Below are positions 10,309 to 20,629 of a DNA stretch of 64,000 bases, piece by piece; the stretch's first letter is position 1, and each line of letters opens with the position of its first letter. Source of the stretch: Candidatus Eiseniibacteriota bacterium. GTDB taxonomy: Bacteria; Eisenbacteria; RBG-16-71-46; CAVPCR01. Under the pieces are notes generated by a model. It ran no database searches. It was not told the DNA's origin and saw only the letters and a program-made list of their open reading frames with translations. The translations under genes and the position numbers were made by a program. The DNA lies in contig CAWGMA010000001.1 in NCBI GenBank assembly GCA_963823555.1, positions 1,920,001-1,984,000 on the forward strand, read 5' to 3'.

Positions 10309-11550
10309 TCAATCCTCGTAGCGTTTCACGACCAGCGTCACATTGTGCCCGCCGAAACCCAGCGAGTTCGACATCACGACGTTCACCGGCACCCGCCGCG
10401 CCTGATTCGGCACGCAATCGAGGTCGCACTCGGGATCGGGCTCCTCGTAGTTCGTCGTCGGGGGAATGACGTTGTCGCGAATGGCCAGCACCGCGATATT
10501 GAACTCGATGCCTCCGGCCGCCCCCAGCAGGTGCCCGGTCATCGACTTGGTGGATCCGAAAGCCAGCTTGGGCGCGTGATCGCCGAAGACGGTCTTCACC
10601 GCCATCGTCTCGTACTTGTCGTTGAGGGGCGTCGAGGTGCCGTGCGCGTTGATGTAATCCACGGCGGACGGCTCGATCCCCGCGTCCTCGAGCGCCAGCT
10701 TCATCGCCCGCGCCGCGCCTTCGCCACCCGGAGCGGGCGCGGTCATGTGGTGGGCGTCGCCGGTGGCACCATAGCCCACGACTTCGGCGAGGATCGGCGC
10801 GCCGCGGGCGAGGGCGTGATCGAGGTTCTCGAGGATCGCCATCCCCGCTCCTTCACCCATCACGAAGCCGTCGCGATCCAGGTCGAACGGGCGAGAAGCG
10901 CGTTCCGGCTCGTCGTTGCGCGTCGACATGGCCTTCATCGAGCAGAAACCGGCGATGGCCAGCGGCGTGATGCTGGCCTCGGCTCCCCCCGTGACCGCGA
11001 CATCGGCATCGCCCTTGCTGATGATCCGGAAGGCCTCGCCGATGGCGTGGGCGCCGGAAGCGCAGGCCGATACCGCTGCGAAGTTGGGGCCGCGATATCC
11101 GAGACGGATCGAGATCTGACCGGCCGCCATGTCGGCGATCATCATCGGGATGAAGAAGGGGCTGACGCGGGATGGTCCTTTCTCGACCAGCGCGGAGTGC
11201 TGGATCTCGAGGGTCTCGATCCCTCCGATACCGGATCCGATGATGACGCCGGCGCGGTCCAGATCGACCCCGTTCGATCCATCGAGGCCGGCGTCGGCCA
11301 CCGCCTCGAGCGCGGCAGCGAGACCGTATTGCACGAAGGGATCGGTGCGCCGGATTTCCTTCTTGTCGAGGTAGTTCTCGGCCTTGAAGTCCCGGACTTC
11401 ACCCGCGATGCGGGTGTCGAAAGCACTCGGATCGAAGCGTGTGATCAACCTGATCCCGCTCTTGCCGCTGGTGATCGCAGCCCAGAACTCGGGAATCGAG
11501 TTCCCGACGGGGCTCACGGTACCCAGCCCTGTAACCACCACCCGATTCAT
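10309..11550 (-). CDS. fabF: 3-oxoacyl-ACP synthase II
   Basis: [37 protein letters not shown] and [10 protein letters not shown] motifs. Confidence 0.97.
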   Translation of the reverse strand: MNRVVVTGLGTVSPVGNSIPEFWAAITSGKSGIRLITRFDPSAFDTRIAGEVRDFKAENYLDKKEIRRTDPFVQYGLAAALEAVADAGLDGSNGVDLDRAGVIIGSGIGGIETLEIQHSALVEKGPSRVSPFFIPMMIADMAAGQISIRLGYRGPNFAAVSACASGAHAIGEAFRIISKGDADVAVTGGAEASITPLAIAGFCSMKAMSTRNDEPERASRPFDLDRDGFVMGEGAGMAILENLDHALARGAPILAEVVGYGATGDAHHMTAPAPGGEGAARAMKLALEDAGIEPSAVDYINAHGTSTPLNDKYETMAVKTVFGDHAPKLAFGSTKSMTGHLLGAAGGIEFNIAVLAIRDNVIPPTTNYEEPDPECDLDCVPNQARRVPVNVVMSNSLGFGGHNVTLVVKRYED

Positions 11551-11657
11551 CGCTCGGATCCCCTCGCGGACAGGGAAGGACGACTGCCTCGAACCCAACT
11601 CAAGGCTTGAGTCCCACCGCGTTACCCCGCCATCCGGTCGAAAGCGAACCCCGCGGC

Positions 11658-11906
11658 TCAGGCTTCCTGCTTGACATGCTTGCGCAGGTACTCGATCGCG
11701 TCGCGGACGGTCGTCATCTTCTCGGCGTCCTCGTCGGGGATCTCGATCTCGAATTCCTCCTCGAGCGCCATGACCAGCTCGACCTGATCGAGTGAATCAG
11801 CACCGAGGTCGTCGATGAACGAGGCCTCCGGCGTCACCTGATCGGCCGAGACCCCAAGCTGCTCGGTGATGATCTCCTTGACGCGCTGTTCGCTGAACGA
11901 TGCCAT
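11658..11906 (-). CDS. acpP: Acyl carrier protein
   Basis: [30 protein letters not shown]. Confidence 0.97.
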   Translation of the reverse strand: MASFSEQRVKEIITEQLGVSADQVTPEASFIDDLGADSLDQVELVMALEEEFEIEIPDEDAEKMTTVRDAIEYLRKHVKQEA

Positions 11907-12014
11907 TCCATGCCCTCCTCGTTCCGGTCCATCCTTGTTCCGAACCGCCCCGCCCGGGGCGCCCGGCATCTCGAGCGGTTCGAGACGGAGAACCATCTCG
12001 CCCGCAGTCGCCTG

Positions 12015-12770
12015 CTACATCAGCATGCCGCCATCGGCGTGAATCACCTGGCCGGTCACGTATCGCGCCTGCTCCGAGGCCAGGAAGACCACGAGCGGAG
12101 CGACATCCGCCGGCTGGCCGAAACGGCCGAGCGGAATCGCCTCGAGCATGCGCTTCTTGACCTCGTCGGAGAGGCCCTGCGTCATCGCCGTTTCGATGTA
12201 CCCCGGGGCCACGCAGTTGGCCGTGATGTTGCGGCTGGCCAGCTCCTTGGCCACCGACTTCGTGAAGCCCACGAGCCCCGCCTTGGAGGCGGCATAGTTC
12301 GCCTGCCCGGCGTTGCCCATGAGCCCGACCACCGAAGAGACGTTGATGATGCGCCCCCATCGCCTCCGCGTCATCCCCTGGGCGAACGCTCGGGTGCAGA
12401 AGAAGGCACCCTTGAGGTTAGTATCCAGAACCTGGTCCCAGTCGGCAACGCGCATGCGCAAGAGGAGTCCGTCCCGGGTCACTCCGGCATTGTTGACCAG
12501 GATGTCGATGCCCGGGCGATCTTTCTCGGCGCGGGCCGCCAGCGCCTCGACCTGGGCCTCCTGGGACACATCCGCCACCTCCACCCTGGCCTCTCGGCCT
12601 TGGGCCTTGATGGCGGCCGCGGTCTCCGCAAGCGCCGCCTCATCGCGCCCGACCACCACCACCTCGGCCCCGGCTGTCGCCAGGGCCAGGGCGATCTCCC
12701 TACCGATGGAGCGGGATCCGCCGGTGACCAGGGCGACTCGTCCTTGCAGACGGCTGCTCGTCACGTCCAT
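12015..12770 (-). CDS. fabG: 3-oxoacyl-ACP reductase
   Basis: TGGSRSIG, NNAGVTRD and GQANYAASKAG motifs; position within fab cluster. Confidence 0.96.
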   Translation of the reverse strand: MDVTSSRLQGRVALVTGGSRSIGREIALALATAGAEVVVVGRDEAALAETAAAIKAQGREARVEVADVSQEAQVEALAARAEKDRPGIDILVNNAGVTRDGLLLRMRVADWDQVLDTNLKGAFFCTRAFAQGMTRRRWGRIINVSSVVGLMGNAGQANYAASKAGLVGFTKSVAKELASRNITANCVAPGYIETAMTQGLSDEVKKRMLEAIPLGRFGQPADVAPLVVFLASEQARYVTGQVIHADGGMLM

Positions 12771-12774
12771 GGCG

Positions 12775-13722
12775 CTAGGCCCGCCCAACCCCGAGGAGAG
12801 CGGTGACCGCGGTCTCGAGCCCGGCCGGGTCTCCGACGGACTGGACGCGGATTCCGGGAGCATTCGATCTCATGAGCCCTTTCAGCACCGCGCCGGGGCC
12901 CAGCTCGACGGCATCCTCCACGCCCTCGGCAGCCAGGAAGCGCATCGACTCCTCCCAGCGCACCGGCTGCGTGAGCTGTTGCTTGAGCGTGGCCCGGATG
13001 TCATCGGAAACACGGACCGGTGCCGCCGTGGCGTTGGCCACGACGGGGAATCGCGCATTCTCGATCGCGGTCGCATCGAGCACGGCCTCCAGCCCTTCCT
13101 GGGCGCTGGCCATGAGCGGGGAGTGAAAGGCGCCGCTCACCTCGAGGCGAACCGCGCGCTTGGCTCCCGCCGTGCGCGCCAGCTCGCTCGCCCTCTCCAC
13201 CGCCGCGATCTCGCCCGAGATCACAACCTGATTGGGCGCATTCAGATTCGCCGCCACGACGACCCCGGCACCCTGCGCCTCAAGGATCACCGGATCCAGC
13301 TCGGACGCGGTCAGACCAAGAACCGCAGCCATCGTTCCGGGGCGGCGAAGCCCGGCTTCGTACATGAGCTCGCCACGGCGGCGCACGATGCCGACCGCTG
13401 CGGAAAAACGGAGCGCTTCGGCAGCGACGTGAGCCGAGTACTCCCCGAGACTGTGGCCAGCCGCCGCATGCGCGTCGACCCCGGCCTGCCGCAGGAGCCG
13501 GAGGCAGGCCACGCTCAGGACCAGGATCGCGGGCTGGGCATTCTGCGTCTTGCGCAGTTCGGTTTCCGGACCCTCGAACGAGAGCCGCGCAAAGTCGATG
13601 CCGCTCGCATCCGCCGCTTCCTCGTACGTCTCGCGCACCAGCGGGAAGGCAGCATGCAGCTCGCGCCCCATTCCCACTTGCTGGGCACCCTGACCCGGGA
13701 ACAGGAAGACGAGCTTACCCAT
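12775..13722 (-). CDS. fabD: Malonyl-CoA:ACP transacylase
   Basis: FPGQGAQ, GHSLGEY and VSGAFHSPLM motifs. Confidence 0.97.
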   Translation of the reverse strand: MGKLVFLFPGQGAQQVGMGRELHAAFPLVRETYEEAADASGIDFARLSFEGPETELRKTQNAQPAILVLSVACLRLLRQAGVDAHAAAGHSLGEYSAHVAAEALRFSAAVGIVRRRGELMYEAGLRRPGTMAAVLGLTASELDPVILEAQGAGVVVAANLNAPNQVVISGEIAAVERASELARTAGAKRAVRLEVSGAFHSPLMASAQEGLEAVLDATAIENARFPVVANATAAPVRVSDDIRATLKQQLTQPVRWEESMRFLAAEGVEDAVELGPGAVLKGLMRSNAPGIRVQSVGDPAGLETAVTALLGVGRA

Positions 13723-13820
13723 AGGCTTCCTCGATCCGGCGCGCTCGTATCCCGCGCCTCGTCATCGTGGACCAGGCGTCAACGCTTCGCCCTGAAGGTG
13801 GCAGAATCCGGGAATCCAGA

Positions 13821-14003
13821 TTACGACTCGGCGGGCTGGACGACTTCACGACCGTCATAGTAGCCGCAGTGAGCGCACACGCGATGCGGCCGCTTCGGCT
13901 GGTGGCAGTTGGAACACTGGTGAACCGCCGGGTGGTGGAGTTTCCAGTGCGTGCGCCGTTTCGCACCGCGGGTCCGCGAATGCCGTCGCTTCGGCAGGGC
14001 CAT
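13821..14003 (-). CDS. rpmF: 50S ribosomal protein L32 (zinc-binding form)
   Basis: MALPKRRHS...CSNC...HRVCAHCGYY; GGAGG RBS. Confidence 0.96.
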   Translation of the reverse strand: MALPKRRHSRTRGAKRRTHWKLHHPAVHQCSNCHQPKRPHRVCAHCGYYDGREVVQPAES

Positions 14004-14132
14004 GGGATCGACCTCCAGTTGATGATCGCAAGCGATACTCGAGATAAACCAGCTAACTGATCACTAGCAAGAACTTCGAGAGCCCACTCGGCCGTACCGA
14101 CATTCCTTGGGCGCCTACGTTGCCAGCCTCCG

Positions 14133-14642
14133 TCACTCGGACTCGCGCCCCGGCCGGAGGGCCTCCCAGCGCGGGTCGACGTGGTCGGATCGGCAGGCGC
14201 AAGACTCCGTGTTGCGATTCACCCCGCAGCTGGGACAGAGCCCCAGGCAAGCCGGGGAACACAGGTGCTGGATCGGAATGTCGATGAGGATCGCCTCCCG
14301 CACCTCGTCGGTCAGGTCCATGCGGTGGCCGTCGTGAAAGACGACACCATCCTGGCCGGCGAGTTCGTGCTCCGGGCCTCCTCTCCGGCCAATGGCGCGG
14401 AGCGCTCCTGAATACGATTCACGAAATGGCCTGAGGCAGCGGTCACACTCCCCGCACCGCTCGCCTTCGAACTTGAGCTCGATGTCGAGATCGTTTCCGG
14501 CGCGAGCGATGACGATCGACAGCCGAATCTCCGGTTCAAAGGTGATACCGGTCCATGCGATGCCGAGATCGTCCGGGCTCACCACCTCGGACAGCCGGCT
14601 CGTGCCGTCGCCAAGCCGGCGCAGATCTAGGATGAAGCCCAT
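14133..14642 (-). CDS. yceD: DUF177 / YceD family protein
   Basis: CDRCL, LCSPACLGLCPSCG and DPRWEAL motifs; directly upstream of rpmF. Confidence 0.9.
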   Translation of the reverse strand: MGFILDLRRLGDGTSRLSEVVSPDDLGIAWTGITFEPEIRLSIVIARAGNDLDIELKFEGERCGECDRCLRPFRESYSGALRAIGRRGGPEHELAGQDGVVFHDGHRMDLTDEVREAILIDIPIQHLCSPACLGLCPSCGVNRNTESCACRSDHVDPRWEALRPGRESE

Positions 14643-14853
14643 GGCGACCCCTCGCGGCGTGCCTCTCGCAATCTAATTGGCGCACCGACCGATGGTTGCC
14701 GGCACAAGGGAGCTAGAACCGCCGGATTCTATCCGGCGGCGTGAGGGGTGTCAACGCGGCCGCAACGGCCCGGCGGCAACCGGCCCGGAGAACCCGTTTC
14801 CCGGGGGCACCGGGCCGGGGGCCGTGGGGCCCCCTCGCTGGCGCTTCCGGCTC

Positions 14854-15279
14854 TCAGGCCGGAGAGCGCCAGCCGAGTTTGGCCGCAAAGAAGCCGATCT
14901 CGGCACGGGCCGTGTCCGGACCATCGGAGCCGTGGACCGCATTGAACTGCTTGTCGGTCCCGAACTCCCGCCGGATGGTCCCCGGGGCCGCCTCCCGTGA
15001 GTCCGTTGCCCCCATGAGGCTGCGGAGCCGCTCGATCGCGTCCTCCCCCCCGGCCAGGAGGCAGGGGACACAGGGCCCGGAGGACATGAACTGGCAAAGG
15101 TCGGCGTAGAAGGGCCGCTCCCGGTGAACGGCATAGAAGCGCTCGACCTCCTCCTTGGTGAGCCGGACCATGGCCATCTCCTGAATCGTGAATCCGGCCT
15201 CCTCCACCTGGGCCAGGATCTTCCCGGTGAGCCGGCGCCCGACCGCATCGGGCTTGACGATGAACATGGTATGGGCCAA
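14854..15279 (-). CDS. ndk: Nucleoside diphosphate kinase
   Basis: IVKPDAV, PGTIR and NAVHGSD motifs. TTG start inferred after a GAGGAGG RBS. Confidence 0.95.
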   Translation of the reverse strand: MAHTMFIVKPDAVGRRLTGKILAQVEEAGFTIQEMAMVRLTKEEVERFYAVHRERPFYADLCQFMSSGPCVPCLLAGGEDAIERLRSLMGATDSREAAPGTIRREFGTDKQFNAVHGSDGPDTARAEIGFFAAKLGWRSPA

Positions 15280-15316
15280 GGGACTCCCCCTCCTCAGGTC
15301 CTTCTGGGCGCGGCGG

Positions 15317-16204
15317 CTAATGCACGCGCGCCGGGAGCCGCTCCTTGAGGAGCGATGGAATCTCGGACGGTACGCGAGCCACCGCCACCCCGGCGGCGGC
15401 AAAGGCGCGCATCTTCTCCTCGGCCGTACCGGTCGCTCCCGACACGATGGCGCCGGCATGACCCATCCGCCGCCCCGGAGGCGCCGTCTGGCCGGCGATG
15501 AAGGCGACCACCGGCTTCTTGAACTTCTCCTGGATGAAGGCGGCGGCTTCCTGCTCGTCCGTGCCGCCGATCTCTCCGATCACGACGACGGCATCGGTGG
15601 CGGCGTCCTGGGCGAAGAGAGCGAGCACATCGACGAAGTTCGTCCCGATGATCGGATCTCCGCCGATCCCGATGCAGGTCGACTGCCCCAACCCCGCGGT
15701 CGTGAGGGCCTTCACCACCTCGTAGGTCAGCGTGCCCGAACGTGACACGAGACCGACACGACCCGGAAGATGGATGAATCCGGGCATGATGCCGAGCTTC
15801 GCCTGCCCCGGCGAGATGACCCCGGGGCAGTTCGGCCCGACGAGGCGGGTCTGACCCCGTCGCTCGAGCTCGGACCACACCGCGAGCATGTCGTTGACCG
15901 GAATCCCTTCGCTGATGCAGACGACGAGCGGCAATTCGGCGGCGGCCCCCTCGAGGATCGCGTCGGCCGCGTACGCGGCCGGAACGTAGATCACGCTGGC
16001 ATTGGCTCCGGTCGCCGCCACCGCCTCCCGGACCGTGTCGAAGATCGGGACCTTGTCATCGAAGCGCGTGCCGCCCTTCCCGGGCGTGACGCCGGCAACC
16101 ACATTGGTTCCATACTCGATCATGCCGCGGGCGTGAAACGAGCCGTCACGCCCGGTGATGCCCTGGACGATGACTCTGGTCTTGTCGTCGATCAGGATGC
16201 TCAT
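15317..16204 (-). CDS. sucD: Succinyl-CoA synthetase alpha subunit
   Basis: [21 protein letters not shown] and MGHAGA motifs. Confidence 0.97.
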   Translation of the reverse strand: MSILIDDKTRVIVQGITGRDGSFHARGMIEYGTNVVAGVTPGKGGTRFDDKVPIFDTVREAVAATGANASVIYVPAAYAADAILEGAAAELPLVVCISEGIPVNDMLAVWSELERRGQTRLVGPNCPGVISPGQAKLGIMPGFIHLPGRVGLVSRSGTLTYEVVKALTTAGLGQSTCIGIGGDPIIGTNFVDVLALFAQDAATDAVVVIGEIGGTDEQEAAAFIQEKFKKPVVAFIAGQTAPPGRRMGHAGAIVSGATGTAEEKMRAFAAAGVAVARVPSEIPSLLKERLPARVH

Positions 16205-16238
16205 GGCCTCGTCCTCCGTGGTGTCCCGCGCGGCAACG

Positions 16239-17394
16239 CTACTGCGCCGCCACGGCCGGGCGCACGGTGCCGCCGGCAGCGACGATCGCCTGCTGTACGC
16301 CCTCGTCCATCTGCGTGGTGGCGCTGAGCCCGATCGAGGTCAGGATCTCGCGCGCCTTCTCCTCGTTGGTGCCGGTGAGACGGATCACGATCGGCACGGC
16401 TGGCTTCTTCTTGGCGAGGGCCTGGGCGATGCCCTGGGCCACGTCGTCGGTGCGGGTGATGCCGCCGAAGATGTTGAAGAAGATCGCCTTCACCTTGGGA
16501 TCCGTGGCCAGGATGTCCATGGCGGTGAGCACCTTGTCCGGACTCGAGCTGCCGCCGATGTCGAGGAAGTTGGCGGGCTCGCCACCGAAGGCCTTGATCA
16601 CGTCCATGGTGGCCATGGCCAGCCCGGCGCCGTTCACCACGCAGCCGATCTCACCGTCGAGCTTGATGTACGATAGCCCCATCTCGCGCGCCTTCGCCTC
16701 GTTCGGATCCTCGTCCTCCCGCATGGCCTCGAGCTGCGGGTGCCGGTAGAGTGCGTTGTCGTCGAGGTTCACCTTGGCATCGAGCGCGATCACCTTGCCG
16801 TCCTTGGTGACGACCAGTGGATTGATCTCGACGAGCGAGGCATCGTTCCCGGCATAGACCTGGTAGAGCTTGGTCAGGATGGCCGCCATCTGCAGCGCGA
16901 GGTTGCCGCGCTGCTCGATGGCGAAGCAGATCCGCCGAGCCTCGTAGGCACGTAGGCCGGTGAGCGGATCGACGTGGCTGCTTGACGATCTTCTCGGGTG
17001 TGGCCTTGGCCACTTCCTCGATGTCGATGCCGCCCGCCGCCGAAGCCATGATCACGGGCTTCTTGGCGGCCCGATCCAGCACGATCCCGAGGTAGTACTC
17101 GTGGGCGATGTCGAGCTGCTCGGCAATGAGCACGCTCCTCACCGGGAGCCCCTTGATCGACATCTCGAGAATGTCCTGCGCCTTCGCCTCCGCCTCCTCC
17201 GGGCTCGCGGCCAGCTTGATCCCACCGGCCTTGCCGCGGCCTCCGGCATGCACCTGCGCCTTGACCACGACCTTGCCTCCGAGCTCGCGGGCGATGGCCC
17301 GGGCCTCGGCGGCGGTACGCGCCACCTTGCCGCGGGGCACCGGGATGCCCGCGGCATGGAACAGATCCTTGGCCTGGAATTCGTGGATGTTCAC
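16239..17394 (-). CDS. sucC: Succinyl-CoA synthetase beta subunit (one +1 frameshift near 16977, probably an assembly error)
   Basis: N-half MNIHEFQAK...[14 protein letters not shown] and C-half EINPL...[11 protein letters not shown]...NFLDIGG are in different frames. They join at AAG CAG [C] CAC GTC GAT CCG. Confidence 0.93.
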
Positions 17395-17424
17395 CTGACT
17401 CTCCCTGGATGCCGGCCGCCGCCC

Positions 17425-18777
17425 TCAGCGCGCGGCCGTTTCCTTCGCCCGCTTGCCGCGGGCGAGCAACTCGGCGATCGGTGCCGTGAGATCGGGCTTG
17501 CCGATCGGCTGCAGATCGTAGGTCACGCGGACGGCTGGGCGATGGAATGTGATGAGACGCCGGAGATCGATCGGGGTGGCGATGACGACGGCGTCCGCGG
17601 GTACAGCCTCAACCGTGCGTTCGAGATCGGCGATCTGCTCGGCGCCGTAGCCGAGCGCCGGCAGGAGGGGACCGATCCCAGGATACTGGTCGAACGCGGC
17701 CTTGATGCGGCCGACCACCCATGGCCGCGGATCGATGATCTCGGCGGCGCCGAACTTGCGCGCGGCGACCACCCCGGCGCCGTACGTCATGCCCCCGTGG
17801 GTCAGCGTCGGTCCATCCTCGATCACGAGCACCCGCTTGCCGGCAATGCTCGCCGGATCGTCGACCGCGATCGGCGATGCCGCTTCGACCACCAGCGCCT
17901 GCGGGTTCACGCAGCGGATGTTCTCCCGCACCTGCGTCGACCCCGCCGGGCGGGGCGCTTTCGACCTTGTTGATGACGATGACGTCCGCCAGCCGGAAGT
18001 TGGTCTCCCCCGGATGGTAGGAGAGCTCGTGGCCCGGCCGGTGCGGATCGACGACCGTGATGGTGAGATCGGCCTCGTAGAACGAGAAGTCGTTGTTGCC
18101 GCCGTCCCAGAGGATGACGTCGGCTTCCTTCTCAGCCTCGCTCGAGGATGGCTCCGTAGTCGACACCCGCGTAGACCGTGGTCCCGTTCTTGATGTGGGG
18201 CTCGTACTCCTCCCGCTCCTCGATGGTGCAGTGATGGCGATCGAGATCCTCGAAGGATGGCGAAGCGCTGCACGCGCTGGTCGGCCAGCTGGCCGTAGGG
18301 CATGGGATGGCGAATGGCCACCACCCGCTTTCCAGCGGAGCGGAGCAAGTCGGCCACATAGCGCGTGGTCTGGCTCTTGCCGCTGCCGGTGCGAGCGGCC
18401 ACCACGGCCACCACGGGCACCTGCGACCGGATCATGGTCGCCCGCGGACCAAGGAGACGAAAGTCGCAACCGAGGGCACCGGCCCGCGATGCGGCGTGCA
18501 TCACGTACTCGTGCGAGACGTCCGAGTAGGCGAAGACGATCTCGTCGACCTGGTGCTCGGCGACGATCGCAGCGAGCTCGGACTCGGGGCGGATGGGAAT
18601 GCCCTTGGGGTAGTGCGGACCGGCGAGCTCGGCGGGATAGGTCCGGAGATCGATGCCGGGGATCTGCGTGGCCGTGAAAGCCACGATCCGATAAGACGGA
18701 TCATCACGAAAGGCTACGTTGAAGTTGTGGAAGTCGCGGCCTCCAGCTCCCATGATGACGGTTTTCTTCGGCTGCAT
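17425..18777 (-). CDS. Arginine synthetase (ArcE) / cyclic 2,3-diphosphoglycerate synthetase-like P-loop protein; three compensating +1 frameshifts (about 18258, 18141, 17936)
   Basis: GAGGRDFHNFN, AFTATQIP, RTGSGKSQT and RHPMPYG in the main frame. TIEEREEYEPH and WDGGNND lie in the two other frames, then EDGPTLTHGGM returns to the main frame. Confidence 0.8.
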   Translation of the reverse strand: MQPKKTVIMGAGGRDFHNFNVAFRDDPSYRIVAFTATQIPGIDLRTYPAELAGPHYPKGIPIRPESELAAIVAEHQVDEIVFAYSDVSHEYVMHAASRAGALGCDFRLLGPRATMIRSQVPVVAVVAARTGSGKSQTTRYVADLLRSAGKRVVAIRHPMPYGQLADQRVQRFAILRGSRSPSLHHRGAGGVRAPHQERDHGLRGCRLRSHPRARLRRKPTSSSGTAATTTSRSTRPISPSRSSIRTGRATSSPTIRGRPTSGWRTSSSSTRSKAPRPAGSTQVRENIRCVNPQALVVEAASPIAVDDPASIAGKRVLVIEDGPTLTHGGMTYGAGVVAARKFGAAEIIDPRPWVVGRIKAAFDQYPGIGPLLPALGYGAEQIADLERTVEAVPADAVVIATPIDLRRLITFHRPAVRVTYDLQPIGKPDLTAPIAELLARGKRAKETAAR

Positions 18778-18998
18778 CGTCCCCCCTGCTTCCAGTGCCG
18801 CGCCCGCTGGGCGTCGCCTCGACCTCTGCGCCCGGGGAAAAAGAAAGAGCTAGCCACGTCAAGCGTGTCTAGCCCCTGGACGCGCTGGCTCTCTGCCTGC
18901 CCGCACCTGCCCTCAACCTCGACCAGCCTCCCCGGGCGCGGGGCCGGAAAACGCTAGCACCGGGTTGCCCGAGGGTCAAGACCCGCTCCCCGTCTCGG

Positions 18999-19475
18999 CT
19001 AGGCTCCGGATCGCCGCAATCTCGCCAGCAAGTCGGAGGTCGAGTAACCGCTGCGAAACGGAATCCGCACCACACGTCCACCCGCCCTCTCGACGGTCTC
19101 GCGGCCGACGATGGCATCGAGCTCATAGTCGGCGCCCTTGGCCAGAACATCGGGAACCAGGATCGCGATGAGCTCCGCTGGGGTGTCCTCGGGGAAGATC
19201 ACCACGCGGTCCACCGCGGCGAGAGCGGCCAGCACGTGCGCGCGGTCGGCGGCGGGCACGAGCGGGCGCGGCGGACCCTTGAGCCGCCGCACGGATTCAT
19301 CATCGTTGACGCCGATGAGGAGAGCGTCTCCACAGGCCCGGGCCTCCGCCAGGTATTCCACATGACCACGGTGGAGGAGGTCGAAACAGCCATTGGTGAA
19401 GACCAGACACTTGCCGGCGCGGCGCAGCTCTTCACGCCAAGTCACCGCTTCCTGCCGAGAAAGGACCTGCCCCAT
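18999..19475 (-). CDS. rfaE2: D-glycero-beta-D-manno-heptose 1-phosphate adenylyltransferase (HldE domain II)
   Basis: FTNGCFDLLHRGH, NDDESVRRLKG and KGADY motifs. Confidence 0.93.
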   Translation of the reverse strand: MGQVLSRQEAVTWREELRRAGKCLVFTNGCFDLLHRGHVEYLAEARACGDALLIGVNDDESVRRLKGPPRPLVPAADRAHVLAALAAVDRVVIFPEDTPAELIAILVPDVLAKGADYELDAIVGRETVERAGGRVVRIPFRSGYSTSDLLARLRRSGA

Positions 19476-19499
19476 ATCGCGGCTAACCCACTGCTGGAG

Positions 19500-20507
19500 T
19501 CACGAACCGTTCGTGGCGAAAGAGTCGCGGATGGCCGCGACGCTGGTCGTGGCGGTCCCGATCTCGCGGATGACGAGGCCCGCCGCATGATTGGCGATGA
19601 GGGCGGCCGTCTTCAGCTCGGCGCCGGCAGCCAGCGCCAGTGCGAAGGTGGCAACCACGGTGTCCCCGGCACCGGTCACATCGTAGACTTCCTGGGCCAT
19701 CGTCGGGAAGTGGGTATGTTCTGCCGGCGCCTCGAAGAGTGACATCCCCTGTTCACTCCGCGTGATGAGCACGGCGCGGCAGTCGAGCCGCGCCAGGAGC
19801 CCGAAACCGACTTCCTCGAGCGTCGCCTCGTCGACGATCCGGCGACCGAGAGCATTGCCAGCCTCGGAGAGGTTGGGCGTGATCACGCTCACGCCGCGAT
19901 AGGCATCGAAGTGCGATTCCTTGGGGTCGACACAGACCGGAACGCCGGCGGCTGCCGCTCGCGACAACACGGCCACCAGGAAATCCCGCTCGATGACGCC
20001 CTTGCCATAGTCCGATATGACGAGGGCGCCGGCTCCCGGCAGGGCGGCGGCAACCTGGCGCTCGAGCTCTGCCGCCGTGTCCGCGGCGACTGGGGTCGTA
20101 TCCTCCTCGTCGGCGCGAACCACCTGCTGGTGATGGGCGATGATGCGGGTCTTCTGCGTGGTGCGCCGGGAGCGATCGACGACCAGATGATCTTCTGGTA
20201 TCTGGCGCTCGGCCAGCGCGCTGCGCAGCTGGGTCGCGGTCGCATCATCACCGGCTGCGCCGATCAGGACCGCCGCGCCACCGAGGGCGCGGACATTGCC
20301 GGCGACGTTGGCGGCACCGCCAAGACGGACCGTCTCGCTGTGGACGTCAACGATCGGGACCGGCGCTTCGGGCGAGATGCGGCGCACCGTTCCCCACAGG
20401 TAACGATCGAGCATGATGTCGCCGACCACGACGACACGCTGCTGACCAAAGCGCTGCAGCGCAGCCTCGATCTGCGCGCGAGGGATTTCGACCTGGCGGG
20501 CACTCAT
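19500..20507 (-). CDS. rfaE1: D-glycero-beta-D-manno-heptose-7-phosphate kinase (HldE domain I)
   Basis: GDIMLDRY, RISPEAPVP, SDYGKG and DVTGAGDTV motifs. Confidence 0.93.
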   Translation of the reverse strand: MSARQVEIPRAQIEAALQRFGQQRVVVVGDIMLDRYLWGTVRRISPEAPVPIVDVHSETVRLGGAANVAGNVRALGGAAVLIGAAGDDATATQLRSALAERQIPEDHLVVDRSRRTTQKTRIIAHHQQVVRADEEDTTPVAADTAAELERQVAAALPGAGALVISDYGKGVIERDFLVAVLSRAAAAGVPVCVDPKESHFDAYRGVSVITPNLSEAGNALGRRIVDEATLEEVGFGLLARLDCRAVLITRSEQGMSLFEAPAEHTHFPTMAQEVYDVTGAGDTVVATFALALAAGAELKTAALIANHAAGLVIREIGTATTSVAAIRDSFATNGS

Positions 20508-20629
20508 CGCGGGTGGACGCTACACCGCCCTCGCTTCCGATTCAAGATCGCCCCGCCACGGCTCGCGGGGCAGGCGCCTGGATGTCCAGAGCGACCTTCC
20601 CACCCTGATCGCCCGGCTCGGCTTGCCCC

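Noticed and set aside
16239..18777. Programmed frameshifting or true pseudogenes in sucC and the arcE-like gene
   Set aside because: There are no slippery sequences or nonsense codons, motifs are intact, and the indels cluster locally as in consensus errors.
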